DNA from: Girardia tigrina
Taxonomy: Eukaryota
Length of the DNA stretch: 49,455 nt
Direction of reading: 5' to 3'
Assembly: GCA_001938485.1 (NCBI GenBank)
Contig: MQRK01185467.1
Coordinates: forward strand, 1-49,455
Shown: one piece after another, positions 1 through 12,106 of the stretch
Position numbering within the stretch: position 1 is the first letter of the stretch
How the letters are laid out: each line of letters starts with the position of its first letter
Translations under genes and position numbers: made by a program
The notes under the pieces: generated by a model
The model's database searches: none
Seen by the model: only the letters and a program-made list of their open reading frames with translations
Told to the model about the DNA's origin: nothing

Positions 1-491
1 TGATCCAGGACTGTTGAATGACTAATGCCCAACCCATCTGCAAGTTCTCTGATTGTTGTACGGGGATCTGTTTCCACCATTGTCCTCAAATTGTCGTTGT
101 TCACAACAACTGGACGACCGCAACCTTCATCATCTTCAAGGTTTTCATCTCCATCAGAAAATTTTCGGAACCATCATTGCACTGTGCGCTCAGAAGCTGT
201 TCCCTTGCCAAACGCTTTATTGATATTGCGAGCCGTTTCTGTTGCTTTATGACCCAGTTTAAATTCGTACAAGAAAATTGCTCGAATTTTAATTTTTTCC
301 ATTATTAATTTAGCACCGTAAATATTCTAAAAAAATAACAGCAATATGTTAATAATGGCTATAACAATATACAGCTAGGCATAAGATTTCAAATAATATC
401 TAACACTAATGCATTTAAACTTATATACATATCAAAGTAGATTAACAAAGTATAAAGCTCAAAAACCGCCATTATTTTTCGACCAACCCAA
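1..491 (-). mobile_element. Mariner transposon (Hsmar1/cecropia-like), 5' end; truncated by window edge; transposase pseudogene at 302->1
   Basis: Minus strand from ATG 302 reads MEKIKIRAIFLYEFKLGHKATETARNINKAFGKGTASERTVQ*WFRKF...GRP...DPRTTIRELA (mariner HTH region, TGA at 176-174). Terminus TA|TTGGGTTGGTCGAAAAATAATGGCGGTTTT resembles the Hsmar1 TIR; TA at 492-493. Confidence 0.92.
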
Positions 492-500
492 TATTAAACT

Positions 501-575
501 CGGACACTGTCATTTGGACGATTACAACTGGGCAACGGTCAACTGGGCGATATTCAACTAGGCGACGGACAAAAT
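501..575. repeat. Degenerate 15-bp tandem repeat (GGCGACGGTCAACTG-like), possibly a subterminal array of a MULE-type element
   Basis: ggacgattacaactg/ggcaacggtcaactg/ggcgatattcaacta/ggcgacggacaaaat. The link to the nearby MULE is inference. Confidence 0.55.
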
Positions 576-771
576 AATAATAAATAATTAAATAGTACAC
601 TGAAGAAAATAGTAAAAAATAATTAATACATGAAAAAATAAAATGAATAAAATTACCACGTTTTTCTTAGCTTGGTTTCTTGTCTGTTTGTCTGTCTGGA
701 ACAAATCTTGCGATTGATTTTTCGACCACTTTCAGTCATCCAATTGAGCTGAATTTTTTATACAGGCTTGC

Positions 772-949
772 NNNNNNNNNNNNNNNNNNNNNNNNNNNNN
801 NNNNNNNNNNNNNNNNNNNNNNNNNNNNNNNNNNNNNNNNNNNNNNNNNNNNNNNNNNNNNNNNNNNNNNNNNNNNNNNNNNNNNNNNNNNNNNNNNNNN
901 NNNNNNNNNNNNNNNNNNNNNNNNNNNNNNNNNNNNNNNNNNNNNNNNN
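772..949. other. Assembly gap (N run)
   Basis: 178 consecutive Ns; ORFs spanning it are artefacts. Confidence 1.
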
Positions 950-1025
950 TTTGGTTTTATTATCATTTCTGTTATTCGAAATCAATCGAAATATTTGAAT
1001 TCCTAAATGATAACTAAAAATAGTT

Positions 1026-1369
1026 AAATAATATTATTAATAAAAAATTTTTTTATAAAAACAACCACATTTTTCAAGTATTACCAATGCACTAAAAAGA
1101 GGAAAATAATTTTTTTTCTAGACATGTGCGAAATTTTATACCTAACCATAAACGTAGGACATAGAAATGATCAATTGTTACTAAAAAGCAGTAAAGAGGA
1201 AATAGCAGTTACTAATAGCAGTAATTCAGAAATCCGCCCCACGTTTTTGGTTAGGTATAAAATTTCGCACATGTCTAGAAAAAAAATTATTTTCCTCTTT
1301 TTAGTGCATTGGTAATGCTTGAAAAATGTGATTGTTTTTATAAAATTTTTTTTATTAATAATATTATTT
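1026..1369. mobile_element. Foldback/MITE-like palindrome with ~135-bp arms and a 75-bp spacer
   Basis: 1026-1160 is the near-perfect reverse complement of 1236-1369 (e.g. ...gaggaaaataatttttttctagacatgtgcgaaattttatacctaacc / ggttaggtataaaatttcgcacatgtctagaaaaaaaattattttcctc...). Confidence 0.85.
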
Positions 1370-1383
1370 TATTATAAACACAA

Positions 1384-2740
1384 TTAACACATATTATAGT
1401 TGAAAGATATTTCTTGTAAATACTCAATAATATTCTGTCTATTATAATTCTTAACTTTGATTAGAATTATTTTTTCAGCTTCTTCATACCGTTTGCGTTT
1501 TCGTGGTTGTTCATTACCAGCGATATTTCGTTCATAATCTATGTCATGTATTATTTGAATCTTTCTTAATCTGTCTATAAAAATCCACAGAGTTGGATGA
1601 GATGAATTACTTCCAAAGCCTAACTGTAATTTGCAATAACAAGCTTCAGCAACATTGTATGTTCTATCCATGCCATTTAGAGTCCATAGATACACTGATG
1701 GAAAAATTGAAGGAGCTCTAGTTCCATGGTTTCTAAGTCGACCTATATAAACCATTCTTACACAGGTTCAAGTTCATCAGGTATTTTATTTTTTAGTTCT
1801 GTTATTACATGAATTGTCTTTCTGTGGAACAAAAGCAATGGAGGTTATCATTTTTGAATATAGATCAAATTGAGTATCATTATTATATTTTCCTAATAGA
1901 TAATTTGATGCTAAATGTTTTCTTAAATTTTGAATTAAATGAAATAGGCAACCATTGATATTTGCCTCGGGGAAAATTGAACGTAAGGAATGATGAATAG
2001 CAAATTCATAATCCACATTTATATTGTCTGGATTTAATTGAGGGCAGAGTTTGAAATAATTTTAAGTATGTTCCACTTTTCTTATCCGGCAGCAAAAAAA
2101 TAACAATGGATAGACAAAATTTTCATCTTTTATTGCTATTGCAACAAATATTTGTGAAAAAAGAGGAGGAGAAAAAAGAAATGTTCCATCCATAGACAAT
2201 TATTTTATATTTTCACTCCATATGAAGTCGTATTGACGACCAAATATTAATATTTGCAGTGGATTAAATTGATCTCTTCCAGAATCTGCAAGTAAAAAAG
2301 ATTCAAATGCTTTTGGGTTTTACTCATATTGTGCATATTCTTGAGGAATAATTATTTTTCTCGAAGGTCTAGATTTTCAGATACCTTTAAAAGTTGAACT
2401 CTTCGCCTTATATTTTTCGTGGCATTACATTATTGGTGGGAAGTATATCATGTACTGAAGAAGAAACATTTTCAATTGCTTTGGATCTTATTAGTATAGG
2501 GCTCGCCATTGTGGTATCTGCAAAGAACTTGACAACTGTATTTACTCTTTGTATTACAATTTCTGTTGCGTTTCCGAAGTTACTGCATGTATGGTCACTT
2601 CTTTGAGAATGAAAAGTACCATCTACAATGTTAGTCTAAATTCTAAATTTGAATCCCGTATTCTTTTCTTAACAGCGCCAGAATTAAATTGGACGTTCTT
2701 TACTAATTTTATCTTTGATGTAAAGATACCAATATAAAAA
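1384..2740 (-). pseudogene. Mutator-like (MULE) transposase with N-terminal FLYWCH-like finger, decayed
   Basis: Minus-strand pieces YLYIKDK...FWRC (FLYWCH-like), MDGTF (first catalytic D), LLPDK..TY, MDYEFAI...GCLFH (D and CxxH motifs), RTYNVAEA (E) and HPTLWIFI; several stops and frameshifts. Confidence 0.9.
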
Positions 2741-3639
2741 TATAGATATATTTTTTAATGTTTTGGAAATTTCTCTGTTAGATTTTAAATTTAAAAATTT
2801 ATACTAGCTTCGCAAAATCCTCACAGGGTTCATATTTTTTCATTTTTCAAAGGGCAGGAAAAAACTTTTTAATTCTCTTTTTTCTTTTTGGTTTTGACTA
2901 CATAATTTTTGACATTTCTAATAATTGAAAAAACCAATTTGGAAAAAGTAAAAATAAATAAAATTTTGATGATTAATTTATTAAAAGCTTTTAATTAATT
3001 TTTCAAAAAAACATTTTTTTAAATTATAAAAATATTTTTTTAAATTAATTTAAGTATTATTATTTTATTAAACTCTTACGGATATAATTTTTCAAATTAT
3101 TTTAAAAATAATATTTCTTTTACCAAATATTAAAAATATATATTTTATTTATTAAAGTATTTATTTAATATTTTTAATAAAGATGGCTAGTTGTCATCTT
3201 GGAATTTAAAAATCCTTTTATTTTTTTATAATTTAAAATTAATTTATCAATAATTTTAGATCCTGCTCTTTTATCTTCTTTCATGAATTTATCGTTGATC
3301 AACCCTAGAAATCTAAAAAGATTGATTTGGTTCTGTGTCGATATTGATGAGAAATTACAATAAAAATATATATCGTAGATCATTATTTTCGTAAAATAAA
3401 AGAAAGTAAAATCGGAGTAAATTCCAGAAATTAAACAAATAATATATAAATGTACCAAAGGAATTCGAATTTTAGATAATAAATAAAAGTTATATTATTT
3501 TAAAATTTTTGTTACAATTTTCTTACAACTCTGGAATTTTTTTTAATTTTATGGATTTATTTCATTCAATTGTTTCTTTTATAGTTGAAAAGCGAATGTG
3601 TTTTACTTTTGACTCTTTTGTTAAATGACAATTTCTTAA

Positions 3640-4649
3640 CACAAGAACTCACACACCAGTCATTTTTGACCTTTTCACACTTCAATTTGCTATCAATTAT
3701 GGCTAATTTTGTTTTTTTTCCAATGAGATTATGTTATAAATAAATAATAATAACAATTCTAAAAGCTTGGAAATTTAAAGTACGGAAACTTTAGTTTAAA
3801 TGCTGCAAAATTTAGATTATACTAAAATGCCCACCGATCATATTTGATAGATGTGCTCTGCATTTAAAATTAGAAATATGATCTGTTTTATTTAAATAAT
3901 TTTATTCAGGAATAGGGTTGAAATTGTGAACTAACGGAAACTTTTATTTTGTAGAAGAGTGATTCAGTTAGGGGAACTACCTATCAAAGTGGTTGCTAGG
4001 GTCTACTTAATTTTAGTGTTTGAATCAATCACAATTTTAGCCTAATATAATTAGGTTGTCGTTTTGTCATTTTCGATGAATACTATTGAGATACCTGTCT
4101 TGAATGAAATGAAAATATTTGTAATATAATTATTTGCTAAGATAAAAGGGTTTTTGAGAAAAAAATAATATTTTATTAAGCTTTCTATTATTCTAATTCC
4201 AAATATGATATCTAGTATTTTTGTATGGGCAAAATGTATAAAAGAAATTGAATCTTTTTTTATCTGATTTCATGTTTTTATCTTCTTATTTACATTTTGC
4301 CTCTTTTATTTTAGCTTACAAAAAAGACGAGAAACTGTTTTTGGTGTCCTTAAAATCCTTTGGAATTGTGATCCTGTTGAAGAAATATTTTCAAATGAAT
4401 TTGGACGTAAATTTTTTAGCAATACCATATCAGTACGAAAATTTTGTTCAATTATGTCCAGTTTGCTATTTGATCGAAAATCTACTCAATGTTAAGGAGT
4501 TTAATCTGAACTGTTTGCACCAATCTGCTTTTGATCAACGAATTTTTAATAAATTCACAACAAACATAAGAGCCTTATTCAAATCTTGTAATGGATGAAC
4601 AATTATTGCCATCAAAGAATCGACCCAAGTTTCTGCAATTTATGGCTAA
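3640..4649 (+). mobile_element. piggyBac transposon A, 5' part (TIR plus decayed transposase)
   Basis: TTAA|CACAAGAACTCACACACCAGTCATTTTTGAC terminus at 3636-3670; decayed frame EFGRKFFSNTIS..KF..IMSSLLFDRK...PYSNLVMDEQLLPSKNRPKFLQFMA(N). Confidence 0.85.
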
Positions 4650-4652
4650 TGT

Positions 4653-5511
4653 TGTGGTTCTGTGGTGTTGAAACATGTGAACATATCTTGGGAAACTTAG
4701 GCTTTGAGCCCCCAGGTTATCGGTAACCAACCATAAAATACTCTTATGTCAATGCAGTCTCTGCATGTGAACTCCTAATCTCTCGATGTCTATGACCACA
4801 ACTTACCTCTCACCCAGCATACAATCTGCACGCAGTGATAAGTGATGAGGACCTTCCAGGTTCCAGATCTACACAAGTTTAAGACCAGGTAGACCAGATC
4901 AGCCCTAATGGGTATGATGTGATGTTAGATTAAAACAATTTGCATTAATGTAATAATCCCATGATGTGTTTTAGATTCGAATACGGCTGTGTTGATCCCA
5001 GATACTGTATGTTCCATCTTGTTATGTTAAACCCCCTTAGCAGATATAATAGCTATCACAACATTCCATCTTTTGTTATTCTAATCATTATGTCGTGTTC
5101 CCTTCTCTCGACAGCATTTTCGTGGACTCAGAGCCCCCATCCGTTTTTGAGTTCAACGGCAACTCCAATATGTCATTTACCTTCATGTATACTCATACTA
5201 CACCCATGAGGAGCAGACGCGTCTCCTCCGCACACATCAACAAGTTGTGTGTGCTTTGGAGCGCTTTCGGGTTCGAACCAGTAACGAGTATTGCTCGACT
5301 GGTAGCCTCAGTATCCTGTGGGGTTGATGATTTTGTTTTTATCGTTATGAATTTTACTCGCGAGTCCTCACTTTATATAATATGGAAGGAAGAGAGCTCC
5401 AAGGAAGTAGGCGACGATCGAGCTGCGTGCCCCTTGCATACTGCAGCCGACCCGCGCCACCTCCAGAGAGTGCTTCGTTCTCGACAAGAAATTTTTGCGT
5501 ACATAACCACA
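4653..5511 (-). mobile_element. LTR-like unit (~860 bp), probably a solo LTR of a second family
   Basis: GC-richer block with TGTGGTT...AACCACA inverted termini and a TATATAAAG box on the minus strand (5380-5372); flanks ATGT/ATTT are an imperfect TSD. Confidence 0.6.
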
Positions 5512-6529
5512 ATTTATTGAAGTTCCACTTCGTTTCGGTACTGACATTATTTCATACATACCTTTGAAAAATCATTGTAAAAGTATTTTCAATGATGTCA
5601 AGCCTGCTTCATTTTAATCTTTTATCATTCTGAACGTGGCTTAAATGGAAAATGACCAAACAATTAAATCACGACGTTTGCCTCAACCGGTCAAAAGATC
5701 TCAATAGTGATTTAAATAAGTAAGATCTCCTTACTAGTTAGATTAATCAGTATATGCAAACTTTGTTCCTTTGACACAATATTTATCGTTTTTTTTTCTT
5801 TTTTCAGAAGAATTGTATAAAATCAATATGAGTACCAGCAGAGTATATAATTAAGATTTATAATTGGTTTATATTTTCGTAATTTGTATAATTTAACATA
5901 CTAATATAATTTATATTTTACGACTAAGATTATAATTAGAATTTATAATTATTTGCAATTGGAGCGGAGAATTGCCGATTTGACCGAACATTTTTGCCAT
6001 TTTTAAGAATTCATAAATAAAAATATATAATTAAAATAATTAAATTAAAACAAAGTAATTAAAATGATTAAATAAAAATAATAAACTAAATTAAATAAAA
6101 ATTAATAAATAACTAAATAAATTAAATAAATAAATTGATTGAGTCTGATGAAAGCAGAAAGAAAAATCAGTTTCGAATCTTATTTAAAAAATGATGTTGG
6201 CAAATGATTCAATAATGTGCGATTTGAAATTGCGAAAATTCGAGCAAATTGAACTATCGGCCATTGTGAGCCTCATTGTTTTTTTTTATTTTGTGTCATG
6301 AATTTTCTCTACCAATGAATGACTGGTAATTTTCTTTCTTTATGTTTATGTTTGTGTGAATGTTTGTATGTATTGTGAATGAAATGTAATTGATTGGTTG
6401 AATGTGTTGTGTGTGTGTTATTTTTTTTAATTGTGAATTATAATCACAATTTCAATTTTTGTGTTTTAAAAAAGGGAGTGTTGATTGATCAATTTATTAA
6501 AAAAATAATTACAAAAAGGAGTAAAGGAA

Positions 6530-7209
6530 GAGTGTGTGGAAATGTTCAAATTTCAATTCCAATTTAAAAAGTGGTGAATGAGTTATTGTCAATTTAAAAA
6601 AAAATAAAGATCTCGTGTTTTGTTCTGTTTTTGAACAATTAAAAAAAATATATTTGAATAAAAAAAATGGAAAAGAGTTCAATTTCAATTTATTAATGGA
6701 AAACTTGAATAATAAAATGGCATCCAATATCAGTGACGATGATTTTGAAAACTGTAATTATTGTAAACAAAATAATCTACCAAATATTGATATTATTGCA
6801 TGTTGTTAAGATTCTGAGAATACAAAAGATTCTAATGACCAAAATAATTCCGTAAAAATTGATTTAACAATTTCCAGTGATACTAAGACTGTATGTGTTA
6901 GTGAAGACTCTTGTAAATTTGAATTGTGTAAACGAGATGGAATTCCGCTCATTGTTTTGCTCAATAAAATGAAAAGCACCTTTCAACCGACATGTAAAAT
7001 GAAAAATAATTATTCTCAGCCTAAAATATCGTGGAGACACGGTTTCCTGTCCAACAATGAGATCGCTCGAAATTAATTAAGACATAAAATTGCTTTAAAT
7101 AATAAGCGGAGCATCGAAAGGAAACTCATTGAATCGCACGCGTTGATAATATTTTCTTTGTATATTATTTACAAACGAAGAAATTAACTTCATTAAAAAA
7201 ACTAATTAA
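6530..7209 (+). pseudogene. Decayed orphan ORF (cargo 1), Cys/Asn-rich, unknown product
   Basis: One frame stays open for about 225 codons with three internal stops (6579, 6807, 7074), including an 88-codon stretch DSENTKDS...WRHGFLSNNEIARN, which is unusual in DNA this AT-rich. Confidence 0.5.
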
Positions 7210-7269
7210 ATAAAAATAAAATTATTCGTATTAAAGCAGAATACTAAATCACAGCAAAATAAAACAATT

Positions 7270-7740
7270 TAAACTCTTATTCTTTCGACTCCTTTGTTCA
7301 TTTTATCAGTGGTTCAATTAATTAACTTTCTCACTCGCTTGTAATCAAATCCTTTATTACTCCATCTCATCCACTTATTTGTTGATTAATTAAAGTTTCT
7401 TAATCGTCTATCATAAATTAATTTCTATATACAATATTTACATGGGCTCTACCGATCCCTAAACATCATACCTCCGAAGACTTCTGCTTCACTTTCTTTC
7501 ACGTCGTTAATTATTTGAAATTCATTCAAACAATTACTTTCTTGTAACTTGCATAATATTTCAATATAGATACCTTTATTTTTCTTATAGTTTTCTAGGT
7601 CTTTAATTTATGGATCTTTTGAATTTCTCTGTACAATCAACTATGCATTTGGATCAACATTTCGCCTTCAAGGGTAATCGTTCCAAGCATTATTTCATCC
7701 ATTATTCTTATGTTCAGTTGTGTTTCATCGATTTTATCAT
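7270..7740 (-). pseudogene. Decayed orphan ORF (cargo 2), convergent with cargo 1
   Basis: DKIDETQLNIRIMDEIMLGTITLEGEMLIQMHS*LYREIQK, frameshift, then DLENYKKNKGIYIEILCKLQESNCLNEFQIINDVKESEAEVFGGMMFRDR*; purine-rich on the minus strand. Confidence 0.4.
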
Positions 7741-8259
7741 AAATAAAATATTTTAACATTTCAGATAAACATGTAGTTTCAAATTTTGTTTATATTTGTT
7801 CATTTATATTTTGTCATTGTAATATTTGTTATTATAAATATTATTTCTTATCAGTTAAGACTCACATAATTATATAATATACTATTAAATATTAAAATGT
7901 TTTAAAAAATGTTCAGATATATAAATAATATAATATATTTTATTTTCTTTATTAATAATCAAAAAAAAAGTAAAATAAAATAATTTTTTAAAGTTCTTTC
8001 TATAACCAATAATATATTGTTTATACCTTATTTTTAATGTACTTCTGTAATTGATGAAGTAAATAATAAATAATATATATATATATATATATATTTTTAT
8101 AACCAAATAAAAATCGAAAATTACAAATTGTATAGTACTTATAAATATCTTCAATTTGATTTAAAAGTTAAATCTATTTGAAATATTAAAATCCCCCCTT
8201 TTTTAAATTGTATTCATTAATTTTTTTATTACTAGGTAATTAATTAATTTATTTACAAG

Positions 8260-8605
8260 GATAATATTTTCGGAGTAGTGCTTCAAGAAACAAATTTATT
8301 TCAAGAGGTAAATTATTCTTTTAAGAATCTTCGTCAACAAATTTTTTACTCTTCTTTTATCTTTCAGTGTGTTTATTACATTTAACGAGGTTATTATTAT
8401 CTAAAACATGTTATTGCTTCACATCAAAAAAAATTTCTTTTTCGCTATTGATTATAGTATTATTAATCACAAAGATTCACAAGCCTACAAGTATCTGGAA
8501 ATATAAATCAGTTTAAACTATCAAGCTAAACCTTTTAGAAGGATGACCTATATTTATCAAATGTTGTTACTCTGTTATTTAATAAAAAATAAAATTTGTA
8601 AATGA
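8260..8605 (+). pseudogene. Decayed orphan ORF (cargo 3)
   Basis: After a ttacaag acceptor-like site: DNIFGVVLQETNLFQEVNYSFKNLRQQIFY...*RGYYYLKHVIASHQKKFL, frameshift, FAIDYSIINHKDSQAYKYLEI*... Confidence 0.35.
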
Positions 8606-8784
8606 CGTCAACTGAATATTTTGTTTGGCAACTTTTTTAAACAATTTAAGGTTAGATATTTGAAAGAGATTAATTATACTATATTATATTAAAAAATTAT
8701 TTTTAACTGCTAAATTATTGATCTCAAATTGATAATCAATGTCTTTATTTCAATACCTAAGTCACAAATTGTATATACATATAT

Positions 8785-8792
<8 letters not shown>

Positions 8793-8832
<40 letters not shown>
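8793..8832. repeat. (TA)n microsatellite (others at ~8073-8095 and 46791-46828)
   Basis: Direct observation. Confidence 0.95.
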
Positions 8833-8839
<7 letters not shown>

Positions 8840-8959
8840 AGTATAAGTATTTTGAATATTTCTGTAAAATAATTTACTAATTTATTGAATGAAATTATTA
8901 TCCTTGTTAATAAATCATTCAATTAATAATATATTAAAAATTAGTTATGAAATTCAATT

Positions 8960-9360
8960 TTAAAATTAAATTGTAATTATTATCCAATTAAATTCAACTA
9001 TTAACTTCAGCTATTATCAATCCCACCGAAACGCACATAACACCTTCATTATCCGTTATTTATTAAATTTGCAATTATTAATTCTTTAAGCGAAACTGTA
9101 TCATCGTAAGTACTCATCTTCATACCTTCTCTAACATATCGTTCAAGAAAAAGAAGAAATATAAATAAGGTTAACAATTGATAATCGAAAAATTACATTT
9201 AAATATTAAACGAGAACGAATTCTATTACTAACTCTAAGAAATATCATCTAATCTCCGACTACCCTTTTATTTACATTATTTACAGCGAATTCCTTGCTT
9301 TCTAACATCTCAAATCCATTTCGTCCCTACTGTCTCTCGTCTCTAATCAATATATTAAGG
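8960..9360 (-). pseudogene. Decayed orphan ORF (cargo 4), convergent with cargo 3
   Basis: LIRDERQ*GRNGFEMLESKEFAVNNVNKRVVGD*MIFLRVSNRIRSRL... and, after a frameshift, FLERYVREGMKMSTYDDTVSLKELIIANLINNG. Confidence 0.35.
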
Positions 9361-9925
9361 TTTACTCGAAGTTAAAGAGTCAAATAATAAAACAAATAAA
9401 TGTCAAAATGACTAAAATAAAATATATTAAAAATGAGTCAAATAGTAAAACAAACAAAATGATTACAATAAAATATATTAAATGACATTCACCAAAACCG
9501 AATTATTAGAATAACATGTAATGCCAATAATAATATTTACTTGATAGTTAATTATTTTCAGGCTAGATATCAAAATTCGTACAAACTGGGTTAACGATCT
9601 TTTACAATTTTTTGTATTAAACTTGGTATAGCAATTCGTATAAAATTGACCAAAATTTTCGTGGTATTCGGTTGTTAATGATAATAATAACTTACAGATT
9701 AACAAAAAATGTGCAACGAAAAACGTGTAATATAGAGCGTAATAATAAATGTGCAATAAAAAAGTGTGTGTTTGTTTAACTCGTTCGGGTATTTATACCC
9801 TACAGGATGTTCGATTTGCAAAGGTAGGATGAGGGGGAAAAACGATTTCCGTCATCGCAATGTTAATTGCAAGTGATTTAATTGTTTCAGATTAATTTTT
9901 GATTAATTATTTTAGATTATTTTAG

Positions 9926-10617
9926 ATGTTGCTACCCTGCCGGATGCCGGTCAATCACTGACTGATAATTATCGCTCGCCGGTAATCGAGACAAACGGCA
10001 GTTATTCCGGGACAGGATGCGAGGGGGCAGAGAGGAAACAACCCTGATCACAATAATTATGCGAGATCCTGAGTCAATTACTGGCTTCAAATGATTGCGG
10101 GTAATTTATTTAATAAATCAAAGTTTTTAATTAATTATTTTTTTTAAGGATTTCGAAAGGTTCTCCAAGCGCTTTTCGGGTAGATTCGAGACTAGGGTCG
10201 ACTTACTCTGGGTGGGCTACAACGGGTTCAATTTTCAGGCCCTTAACGCTATCGGGTGAGTTTTTAGGACCTTTTCGGAAATTTCGACTTTAATTAATTC
10301 ATTTTTTAGCTCACGATTAATCTGAAAGATTTTTTCTTGACGAACCAAAGGGAATAATGGACTCTCCAATCTCGTCCGTCATTCGACGTGATCTGGGACC
10401 TACTTACAACGAGCCAGACTACATCAAACTTTACCTTCTCTCAAAGGTTCCTGGCGTGCGGTGTGGCGGCGTTATTGGGGAGTTGAGGATCTCGAACGTA
10501 ACAATTATAAATCTATTTACAAAATGTGAACTCGAATACCCTAACGCAAATTCTCCATTTATGTGTGTGATTTTAATGCCAAGATGTGATATAGAAAAAG
10601 AAAGAAATGCTAATTAA
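9926..10617 (+). pseudogene. Spliced, decayed cargo gene (cargo 5): exons 9926-10100, 10149-10255, 10310 onward
   Basis: GC-rich blocks separated by 48-bp (GTAATT...TAAG) and 54-bp (GTGAGT...TTAG) AT-rich introns. The spliced frame ...GFK*LRDFERFSKRFSGRFETRVDLLWVGYNGFNFQALNAIGSRLI*KIFS*RTKG... is interrupted by TGA codons. Confidence 0.5.
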
Positions 10618-10709
10618 ATTTTAAACTATTTAGTGCATGTTAAATTTTAAAACAATATATTAACAACTCATATAAATCCACTAAATATTATTTTGTAAAA
10701 CAACATTCT

Positions 10710-11254
10710 CTATACTCTTGCGGATTCTTTTCCGCTTTCGCCTATTCACATAATCCTCACCTCTATTGTCGGTGATCGACCATTGCGTTCCTAGAGTGCG
10801 CGACTCTTTCCCTTTGTCGGCTCTCACTTTCTTCCTTAGCTGGAGCTAAAGTTGCTCTGAATAAAGTCACTCATGCTCTCTTATTCGGCTCTCCATTGCA
10901 ACACCTCGTTTTACCACACGGGCGTATTCATCAGACTCTATGGAAGCTTCTTTAGTCACTCTCAGCTTCATTGATAAGCGCAATACGCTATCACGCAGGT
11001 TCAATATTTCTTTGCGGTCTGCCGCCCTGACTCTCTTTAACACTTTATTCTCTTCTTCCAACTTCTTAATCGTACGCTTTACTTTTTGCAACTCTATCTG
11101 TTGTATCATCTAAAAATCATAATGGTTATAATATGAGTTGTCGATTTATTATTTAATCTTATTCTACGTAAGCGGTCGGACAGATTTGCAGTCGGATTCC
11201 GAAACTGCCTTCCGGTATGAACTCCTGAGCTTTGTTGTCACTCACGGATCTCAT
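10710..11254 (-). pseudogene. Spliced coiled-coil cargo gene (cargo 6): exons 11254-11168 and 11109-10710
   Basis: MRSVSDNKAQEFIPEGSFGIRLQICPTAY joins in phase across a 58-bp GT..TTTAG intron to MIQQIELQKVKRTIKKLEEENKVLKR... (heptad pattern). The frame continues past TGA and TAG to ...RRKRKESARV*. Confidence 0.55.
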
Positions 11255-12106
11255 AACCCGGTGACCTATCTGGCCGCTCTAAAGCGCATGCTGGAACCAG
11301 CCTTCAAGAATTTATGTGCGTTCAAATTTAAGTTGACCCTACCCAAGGGTATTCGAGTTTAATGAAAATAAAGTATCGTAAAAAAATAATAAATTATTAT
11401 AAAATATTTATAATTGTGCGTAAAATAAAATGGTTCGACATAATTAATAAAAAAATATAATTAATAAATAAATAATAGAGTGACTGACCGTTTCGTGGGA
11501 CCCGAGAGAGAGAGTAACCCTCTAATTGTAACCTCTTGTAATTTATTTGCTTGTGGTAAAGATCAGATTTGTAACTGAATTTTTGTCAAAATCTTTGTGT
11601 CTCAAAAAATTGTCTTCAAAAATTGTCTTTCAAATTTTTGGTCTAAAATTGTCTGATTTTCTCAAAAATTCTTGCTGCTTATATTGGGTACACAATTTAT
11701 TTTGGGTGCACACTCTTACTCGTGGCTACTTTTCCTTCGTTCACGTAGAGTTCCAAACCGCCAGGTCCAATTCCATCAGAGCACGTCACTTCCAAATTTG
11801 GTGACTGCCAATTTTAGCAACTTTTAGAAAAACTGATTCAGCGATTTTCTAATTCTAAAAGTACGTTTATTTTATTTTTTGTTTTAATTTTAGTAATTTT
11901 CACATTTTTTTCCAGCTGTTTCCGGACCTTCAAAACATCATTGTTTAATCGAACCAACTGTATCCCATCGGTGACGACGTCCTGCGCGCGCGGTTCAAAC
12001 TCCATTAGGAAATTCCGTCTCAAAGTGAGTTAAATTTACATTTTTAGTTTGAACTTTAACTTTTGTATGTTTTATTTCACTTTTTTGTCTCACGGAGCCA
12101 GCATAA

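Noticed and set aside
18-308. Plus-strand ORFs 18-308 and 25-252
   Set aside because: Antisense shadows of the minus-strand mariner transposase.
670-1006. ORFs across the N gap; (GTCT)n-containing Helitron/Helentron-like fragment at 670-771
   Set aside because: The ORFs are gap artefacts, and the fragment is cut by the gap so its diagnostic ends cannot be seen.
5095-5567. 141-aa and overlapping ORFs in the GC-richer block
   Set aside because: No recognisable motif; expected by chance in GC-richer LTR sequence.
6140-6175. CTGATGA...GAAA hammerhead-like core (also CTGATGA at ~24895 and ~29997, CTGAGGA at ~17422)
   Set aside because: No stem II/III pairing or correctly placed cleavage triplet.
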